DNA from: Octopus sinensis
Taxonomy: Eukaryota
DNA length: 7,653 bases
Assembly (NCBI RefSeq): GCF_006345805.1
Contig: NW_021828792.1
Location: 1 to 7,653, forward strand
Direction of reading: 5' to 3'
Positions 1-5,805 of the stretch are shown one piece after another. The stretch's first letter is position 1, and each line of letters starts with the position of its first letter. A program made the translations under genes and the position numbers. Under the pieces are notes generated by a model, which was given only the letters and a program-made list of their open reading frames with translations, had not been told where the DNA came from and made no database searches.

Positions 1-7
1 ATTAATA

Positions 8-81
8 TACATTGACCCCAGTGCCCAGCTGGTAGTTATCTTATCGAATCCAAACGAATGGAAGGCAAAGTCGACCTCGGC
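8..81 (-). mobile_element. Old, diverged fragment of the tRNA-derived (OK-like) octopus SINE
   Basis: ACATTGACCCCAGTG...CTGGTAG...GGAAGGCAAAGTCGACCTCGGC aligns with the younger copy at 244-316 (ACATCGACCCCAGTG...CTGGTAC...GAAAGGCAAAGTCGACCTCGGC). Confidence 0.8.
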
Positions 82-162
82 TTTCTACTATAAGCTCAAG
101 ACCGGAATTTTCGAGGCGGTGGATGGGGCAGTCGTTTACATCACCTCCAGTACTCGATTGGT
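81..162 (-). mobile_element. 3' part of an old OK-like SINE, interrupted by the RTE insertion; it continues at 1441-1479
   Basis: CTTTCTACTATA...GGGGCAGTCGTTTACATCACCTCCAGTACTCGATTGGT resembles the reverse-strand SINE 3' region. The continuation CCGAGAGGACGAAAGATAAAGACGTCCTC (1441-1469) matches CCGAAAGGATGAAAGGCAAAGTCGACCTC (285-313) at 23 of 29 positions. Confidence 0.7.
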
Positions 163-170
163 GCGATATA

Positions 171-393
171 TATTTCTTTATTGCCCACAAGGGGCTAGAC
201 ATAGAGGGGACAAACAAGGACAGACAAAGGGATTAAGTCGATTACATCGACCCCAGTGCGTGACTGGTACTTTATTTATCGATCCCGAAAGGATGAAAGG
301 CAAAGTCGACCTCGGCGGAATTTGAACTCGGAACGTAACGACAGACGAAATACGGCTACGCATTTCGCCCGGCGTGCTAACGTTTCTGCCAGC
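171..393 (-). mobile_element. Young tRNA-derived SINE (OK-like), lacking ~8 nt at its 5' end
   Basis: This is the reverse complement of 576-797, retaining the A-box-like TGGCAGAAACGTTAG and B-box GAGTTCAAATTCC. It is flanked by the direct repeat (GC)GATATA at 163-170 and 392-399. Confidence 0.9.
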
Positions 394-564
394 GATATAC
401 ATGAGGTCCGACACCAGTGCAGAATCACCTCCCTCCGACAAGTCATCCTAACGAGACGTCTGCGTTGGCTGGGTCATGACCTCCGTCGTCGACCAGGAGA
501 ATTCATCTACGAAGCAATTGCCCCAGCTCCCCTCCAGGGTTGGCGAAAGCTATGTGGTGGACAA

Positions 565-797
565 TATGGCGGCGAGCTGGCAGAAACGTTAGCACGCCGG
601 GCGAAATGCGTAGCCGTATTTCGTCTGTCGTTACGTTCCGAGTTCAAATTCCGCCGAGGTCGACTTTGCCTTTCATCCTTCCGGGGTCGATAAATTAAGT
701 ACCAGTTAGGCACTGGGGTTGATGTAATCGACTTAATCCCTTTGTCTGTCCTTGTTTGTCCCCTCTGTTTAGCCCTCTTGTGGGTTGTAAAGAAATA
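565..797 (+). mobile_element. Young, full-length tRNA-derived SINE (OK-like)
   Basis: It starts GGCGGCGAGCTGGCAGAA, with an A-box-like sequence at 578-592 and B-box GAGTTCAAATTCC at 640-652. A perfect 14-bp TSD, TATGTGGTGGACAA, lies at 551-564 and 798-811. Removing the SINE restores the LINE frame GGQ|RKTW. Confidence 0.92.
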
Positions 798-1000
798 TAT
801 GTGGTGGACAACGAAAAACCTGGCTGATGACAGTCAAGTCTGATCTGGAAACCCAACCTAGGCCCCCAAATTATCTACGGCGTTCGCCGCTGGAATAAGG
901 AGTGGTTGGAGGTCACGCGGTCGTTAAGCCTCAAATCGCCAGGCCTGGTCGGCGGCGTTTGTGAGAGATGCAGCATTGAGGATGAATGAAGCCAGCTCGA

Positions 1001-1389
1001 GTGGCTGTGTGGTAAGTAGCTTGTCTACCAACCACATGGTTCCGGGTTCAGTCCTACTGCGTGGCACTTTGGGCAAGTGTCTTCTACTATAGCCTCGGGC
1101 CGACCAAAGCATTGTGAGTGGATTTGGTAGACGGAAACTGAAAGAAGCCCGTCGTATATATGTATATATATGTGTGTGTATATGTTTGTGTGTCTGTGTT
1201 TGTCCCCCTAGCATTGCTTGACAACCATGCTGGTGTGTTTATGTCCCCGTTACTTAGCGGTTCGGCAAAAGAGACCGATAGAATAAGTACTGGGCTTACA
1301 AAAGAATAAGTCCCGGGGTCGAGTTGCTCGATTAAAGGCGGTGCTCCAGCATGGCCGCAGTCAAATGACGGAAACAAGTAAAAGAGTAA
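1001..1389 (+). mobile_element. tRNA-derived CORE-type SINE (OR2-like) with an internal (TA)/(TG) microsatellite
   Basis: It has an A-box-like TGGCTGTGTGG (1002-1012), B-box GGTTCAGTCC (1045-1054) and a MIR/CORE-like CACTTTGGGCAAGTGTCTT. The 3' region is CCAGCATGGCCGCAGTC...GAAACAAGTAAAAGAGTAA. Excising it restores the LINE codons TCG A|CC CAC CCC GGG TGA. The family name is from memory. Confidence 0.85.
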
Positions 1390-1633
1390 CCCACCCCGGG
1401 TGAATGCAGTAAGGAGAAGAAGAAGAAGTACTTGATTGGTCCGAGAGGACGAAAGATAAAGACGTCCTCTGAGCGCAATATGCTAGCACCCACTCCCTTT
1501 ACTGTTATGTTTCCATGCAGAAGACGTCCCTGTTGTTAAAAAACAAAAAAAAAACGGGAAACCGAAACGAAAAATATCCAGTGTTGTCATTCGATAAATA
1601 GAAATCGATAAAGAAAGGTTTACACACTGAATG

Positions 1634-1693
1634 AAGTACTGTAAGGTCGACATGATCTGGAAGATGTTACCCCAGCATGGCCGCAGTCCAATG
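1634..1693 (+). mobile_element. Decayed SINE 3' fragment
   Basis: AAGTACTGTAAGGTCGAC...CCCCAGCATGGCCGCAGTCCAATG shares CCAGCATGGCCGCAGTC with 1346-1362. Confidence 0.7.
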
Positions 1694-1738
1694 TGTGAAT
1701 TTTGTAAATATATTGTGTCTATTTTCTATATTTTAATT

Positions 1739-1756
1739 ACTCTCTCTGTCTGTCTG

Positions 1757-1802
<46 letters not shown>
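1739..1802. repeat. Compound (CT)n-(CTAT)n microsatellite
   Basis: Read directly from the sequence. Confidence 0.95.
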
Positions 1803-1803
<1 letters not shown>

Positions 1804-1872
1804 TTCTTTGTGCCAGCTCCTCCGCCTCTCCCTCCTGTACACCTCCGCCTTTGTTTTGTCTCTATGTTTGGC

Positions 1873-1903
<31 letters not shown>
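1873..1903. repeat. (CG)7-(TG)n alternating purine-pyrimidine tract
   Basis: TG(CG)7(TG)7T gives 31 bp of uninterrupted alternation. Confidence 0.95.
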
Positions 1904-2019
1904 CCGTGTGTGTGTCCTAACGTCTTTCTCTTATATTTACTTAATATCTTCACCCTTTCTTTCTCTTTTCCACCTTCCTCCGCCTCCTTAGCTCCTTGCC
2001 CAAAGCTGGAGGTGGACAA

Positions 2020-2470
2020 GGCATTGAGAGAGAGAGAGAGAAAGAGCTAGAATGAGTGAGAGAGGGAGAGCCTGATAGACAGATACGCAGTAAAGGAGAG
2101 AGACAGGGAGGGAGATAAAGAGTAAGACAGAGGGGACGAGGCATTGAGTAGAATGAACGTTAGATAGATAGATAGACAGATAGATAATTAAAGAGTTGTA
2201 TAAATAAAGAGGCGAGGAGAAAGAGTAAATGTTTAGCGGAGAGAGAAAGAGATAGGTAAATAGATACAGAGTGAGGGAACTAAAAAGAAAGAGTGTATTG
2301 TTATTGAGAGAGGGAGTAACCGACCCTGTATGTGAAACACAGCAGGGAGAAGGAGTAAAGGTATAAACGAAAGAAAGCGAGAGAAGAGAGTGAGAAACGA
2401 TAGATTAAGAGTCAAGAGACTAGAAAAAAGGGTGAGAGGAAACTTGTATAGATATAGAGAGAGGGAGTGT
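2020..2470 (+). repeat. Purine-rich low-complexity tract with (GA)n and (GATA)n runs
   Basis: The plus strand is overwhelmingly A/G. Composition flips to pyrimidine-rich at about 2476. Confidence 0.9.
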
Positions 2471-2635
2471 AAGCAACACTCCTCCTCATACTCTCTCTTT
2501 TATCTTGGTCTTTGCTTCTCCTCCCTCTTTCCAGCTTTAAATAAAACGAGCGAGTCTCGTTCTTTGTTTCTCGTCTCCCTCCTCCCTCTCCTCCTTCTCT
2601 CTTAGCTTCTTGTTTAAAGCAAACAAGCCACACCA

Positions 2636-2768
2636 CTCCCCTTCCTTCTCTACTCGTCACCCTGTGTTTCTCTTTCTCCCTTTCCTTCTCTACTCGTCAC
2701 CCTGTGTTTCTCTTTTTCTCTTTCCTTCTCTACTCGTCACTCTGTGTTTCTCTTTCTCCCCTTCCTTC
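2636..2768. repeat. 40-bp minisatellite, ~3.3 copies
   Basis: The unit YTTCCTTCTCTACTCGTCACYCTGTGTTTCTCTTTYTCYC occurs at 2641-2680, 2681-2720 and 2721-2760, with partial copies on both sides. Confidence 0.97.
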
Positions 2769-2824
2769 CTCTCACCACCACCACTACCACCGCTGCTATT
2801 GCTCTCGACATTGTTTTTGTTTGA

Positions 2825-3005
2825 TTATTTGACGGACGTCTGACGACAGCTTATGACGCTACATTAGCTCCGCCCACTGCTTGCCGGTATGATTGACAGA
2901 AGGAGCTCGACCAATCGAAACGCCGTTTAGGTCCACAGTGTTGCCCCGAGTGAAGTTAGGCCAACCAACTAATCAGCCAACCGTCTCTCAGCAACTTTAC
3001 GAGCA
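2825..3005. promoter_or_regulatory. Candidate TATA-less Pol II promoter (CpG-rich island with CRE half-sites, GC box, DECA site and CCAAT box)
   Basis: There are 13 CpGs in 2831-3001. TGACG occurs at 2830, 2841 and 2854. The GC box CTCCGCCCAC is at 2868-2877, TGATTGACAG at 2890-2899 and GACCAATCG at 2909-2917. This is unique sequence embedded in low-complexity flanks. Confidence 0.65.
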
Positions 3006-3009
3006 GCAA

Positions 3010-3240
3010 GCCAGAAACAAGAGAGAGAGAGAGAGGTGGAGTGTAAAAGATATATAAATATAGAGAGAGGGTGAGTGAGTGAGAGAGGGAGTAAAAGATA
3101 AATTAAAAACAGTGAGAGAGAGAGGGTGTATCCGAGTCGCAATGGTTTTTAGTATAAAGTAAAGAAAGACGGGACAGATGAAATAGATAGATAGAAATAA
3201 AGAGGGAGAAAGAGAGAGAGAGATTGGGTATGAGGAGAGT
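3010..3240 (+). repeat. Purine-rich (GA)n low-complexity tract
   Basis: Read directly from the sequence. Confidence 0.9.
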
Positions 3241-4153
3241 GAACGTGGAAAGAGGCGCCCAAATAGCTTGTTAAACTCGTTGAGCGCTGTTTCTGGCCCG
3301 TTGCTTCCCCCGATCACCTCACGGGGGCTTAACGAGGAAGGGAAAAAAAAAAACAACAAAAACAAAAACAAAAAAAAAAAAAGAAACCCTTTATTTATAT
3401 AATATATAAAAAAATTATATATATAAAGTAGTTTTTTTTTTCTTTTATTCTGATCGGGCAACGGCCAGGTTAGAGACAGTTTATAATTATAATTATAATC
3501 TTTCTGTTCATTATTAATTAATATTACTATTATTTATTAACCATCTTTAATTATAAGCCCTAAACACACACACACACTCAAAATGGTTTAAATATATATA
3601 CATATATATATTTGTTAAGATCGCCTTCTTCCTCAAGTGTTTGGATTATTATAATTTATATTACATTGCGCTTTACAGCACGTTATACATACGTGTCTGC
3701 GCGTGTCGCTATATATATATATATATGTATATATAGGGGATATTTTCGAAGATCAAAACCTCTATCCCCGTTCTTTGTTACCTTTCAAGGTCCCACACAT
3801 ATTTACATACATACATACATAATACTTCTATTCACACTCACACATACCCGAATATATACACACAATTTTTTTATTGATCTGTAAACCAAAAAAAAAAAGA
3901 AAAAAGGCAAGAGAGAAAAAAAATAAGGAATCTTCTGCCCCTTTTTTTGTTTGTTTGCATTTTTTTTTTTTTTTTTTGGCGTTAGGGTGTACCCCTACCC
4001 TCGGTTGGCGGTGTCTCGTCTTATCATCCTGTGTCGATTTGCGCTTAGCGTTTAATTCTTGTATGACGGATCTTTAATTCTGCAAAACAACCCCACAGAA
4101 AATTAAAAGGGATTACACACACACACACACATATATATACACAAAAGCAGTCG

Positions 4154-4156
<3 letters not shown>

Positions 4157-4195
<39 letters not shown>
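4157..4195. repeat. (AT)19 microsatellite
   Basis: Read directly. Other (AT)n runs include 5603-5620, 5972-6008 and several in 6870-7625. Confidence 0.95.
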
Positions 4196-4196
<1 letters not shown>

Positions 4197-4420
4197 CCTG
4201 CTACACGTCAAGAAAATTTTACAAATCTCTTTTGAAAGAAAATAAAAAAAAAAAAAAAAGGAGGAAAACATGAACCAACCGCTATCAGCATGGAGCTTAC
4301 CACTACTACTACGACTATTGCTACTACTAGTATTAAGTATTTCTAGTACTTAGCAATTTGTACTATTATTATTTCTACAAACTACTTTCGTCTTCGTCTT
4401 TTTTTAATATTTACCAATTT

Positions 4421-4429
4421 CAGGTAAGA
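4421..4429 (+). other. Strong 5' splice-site consensus CAG|GTAAGA, with the junction at 4423/4424
   Basis: Near-perfect match to the U1 consensus, preceded by a pyrimidine-rich tract. No transcript evidence is available. Confidence 0.5.
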
Positions 4430-4679
4430 ATTTTGTCTTTTTTTATTTTACTTTGTTTTGTAGCAATACTTTTATTGTATGTTTTTGTTTTGTTTTGTTT
4501 GTGTTTGTTTTTTGTTATATACAATAGAAATTTGGGGGGGGGGGTTGTTTTTCTGTAATGTTTGGTCTTGTTTCGTTTGTTTCCACCCCACCCATCCACC
4601 CGGTTATTTTAGGTGGAACGTGGTGATGTGTGTGTGTGTGTGTTATGTATGTTATCTGTGTATACGTTTATAATTACCT

Positions 4680-5030
4680 TCCTGCCTATCTTTCTATCCA
4701 TCCGTCTAATGTTTGTATGTATCTATCTATCTATCTATCTACATCTAGCTGTCTACCTATCTCTATCTATCGGTTTGTCTATCTTTCAATCTATTTGTCT
4801 GTCTATCTACCAATCTATTTGTCAATGTCTGTCTGTCAGTCTCTACCTATTTATCTATCTATCTACCTATTTATCTGTCTACCTACTTATCTATCTGTCT
4901 ACCCATTTATCTACCCATCTAGCTAGCTAGCTATCTATTTATCTATATGTTTATATCTATTTGTCAATCTGTATCTATGTTTATCTATCTATATCTATCC
5001 ACCAATATCTATGTATCTGTCTGTCTATCA
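4680..5030. repeat. Degenerate (CTAT/CTGT/CTAC)n tetranucleotide satellite
   Basis: Long run of imperfect ATCT units. It accounts for the YLSI-repeat ORFs. Confidence 0.93.
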
Positions 5031-5359
5031 ATTAATGTATGTGTATGTGTCTCTTATGTAGGTAGATAGATAAATCAGCTGGACTCTATTTTGATAAAAC
5101 ACGTTGCTACTCTCTCGTCCAAATACTTTTGTCTTTTCTATTCTAAATAAACAAATTATCAAAGAAATGATAACACAGCCCTCATCAACATTTCTTTCTC
5201 CCACACATGTAAATTTATATTTACAACTTACACACGGCCACCTTTTATACAAGTTTCATGTAGATATGTTTTTTTTTTTTTTTGAGTTTTTTTGCCTTGA
5301 TTGCATTCTTGTTTTATCATAATTTCCTCGTCTTTCGTTCTCTATCTACCCTACACTAT

Positions 5360-5400
5360 TGTGTCCTGAAGAAGAACGATATCCGAAACGTCAAAATCAA
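5360..5400 (+). ncRNA. Decayed minimal type I hammerhead ribozyme motif, probably a Penelope-like pseudo-LTR relic (~5325-5435)
   Basis: CUGAAGA is at 5366-5372 with an extra A after it. Stem II (5374-5384) is weak. GAAA is at 5385-5388, with palindromic ACGU and the GUC triplet at 5390-5392. Stem I is not convincingly paired. Confidence 0.55.
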
Positions 5401-5620
5401 CTCTACCTTTCTTTGAGCGGTCACAACTTCATCCTAGCTTTTTAAATATTTTTTGCTGTTGTTTTCGCTACGCTTTCCTCCCTCCTCACACACACACACA
5501 CGTGTGTGTATATGTGAGAATATACATACACACACTTACATACACGTTCGTTATAGCTATTCTGGAGCATCGTTTATACATTGGCATATATCTCTTATTA
5601 TAATATATATATATATATAT

Positions 5621-5805
5621 GAGTATTGTAGTTCGCTTGAAGCATTGTGTATTGTTTGTAAAGTATAAAAAATTTCGAATGGTACAACAACGCACTATAA
5701 CAGAGACAATGGGCTGTGTATACATGTTGTAATTTAGTCATCCATAGTATGATGATATTTCGGAATAACATTCCTTCTTCAGATATTCTTAGATGGAGTC
5801 ACTGC
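5621..5805 (-). mobile_element. ~185-bp hammerhead-bearing unit (non-autonomous Penelope-like fragment or retrozyme monomer) bounded by (TA)n on both sides
   Basis: The hammerhead sits at the 5' edge of the unit on the minus strand. (AT)9 lies at 5603-5620 and (TA)6 at 5806-5817. Repeat status is inferred, not demonstrated within this window. Confidence 0.5.
5736..5805 (-). ncRNA. Minimal type I hammerhead ribozyme (Penelope/retrozyme type)
   Basis: The minus-strand RNA reads GCAGUGACUCCAUCUAAGAAUAU-CUGAAGA-A-GGAAU(GUU)AUUCC-GAAA-UAUC^AUCAUACUAUGGAUGACU. The core is complete and stem II is a perfect 5 bp. Stem III is the palindrome AUAU with an AUC cleavage triplet. A bulged stem I includes UCCAU/AUGGA (5797-5793 with 5745-5741). 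Confidence 0.75.

Larger units (their letters stand above)
163..1426 (+). mobile_element. 5'-truncated RTE-clade non-LTR retrotransposon (3' end of the RT ORF plus tail), in pieces 163-170, 400-564, 812-1000 and 1390-1426
   Basis: After removing the SINEs the frame reads DIHEVRHQCRITSLRQVILTRRLRWLGHDLRRRPGEFIYEAIAPAPLQGWRKLCGGQ|RKTWLMTVKSDLE(fs)PNLGPQIIYGVRRWNKEWLEVTRSL(fs)ASNRQAWSAAFVRDAALRMNEASS|THPG*. The RLRWLGH, GGQRKTW and A-x-x-R-x-x-W motifs are typical of the RTE C-terminus. The stop is TGA at 1401-1403, followed by a (GAA)n tail. The flanking TSD is AGTACTCGATTGGT (149-162) / AGTACTTGATTGGT (1427-1440). Confidence 0.85.

Noticed and set aside
578-652. tRNA gene (A and B boxes; likewise 1002-1054)
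   Set aside because: No cloverleaf is evident, and the boxes are the tRNA-derived heads of SINEs.
256-693. 145-aa ORF containing an RLRWLGH motif, plus its mirror ORF at 507-713 (-)
   Set aside because: It is a chance chimera of antisense SINE, LINE fragment and sense SINE with a GTG start. The peptide shared by the two ORFs simply reflects the inverted SINE pair.
781-855. Apparent hammerhead: CUGAUGA (824-830), a foldable stem and GAAA (848-851), with UGGGU/ACCCA as stem III
   Set aside because: Stem I cannot form (G787 faces G823). The match spans a SINE/LINE junction and lies in LINE coding sequence, so it is treated as coincidence.
2641-2760. CRISPR-like regular repeat
   Set aside because: The units are contiguous 40-mers with no unique spacers, in a eukaryotic context. 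This is a minisatellite.
2020-2800. Possible large fold-back element around the 2473 hairpin
   Set aside because: Beyond the 7-bp stem the arms share only low-complexity composition and do not align.
2840-2870. CUGACGA followed by an AGC/GCU stem
   Set aside because: No GAAA follows the stem. It is better explained as a TGACG half-site cluster.
3466-3474. Alternative plus-strand donor CAG|GTTAGA, and AG|GT at 4612/4613
   Set aside because: Both match the consensus more weakly than the site at 4423 and cannot be supported without transcripts.
3999-4079. Possible 81-nt minus-strand exon (TTTTGCAG acceptor, AGG|GTAGGG donor)
   Set aside because: It has stop codons in all three frames and a weak donor, with no supporting neighbouring exons.
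5118-5132. GTCCAAATACTTTTG here and GGGTGTCCACATAGTG near 7553, reminiscent of Tc1 terminal repeats
   Set aside because: They are too short, in the same orientation, and have no matching inverted partner or transposase remnant.
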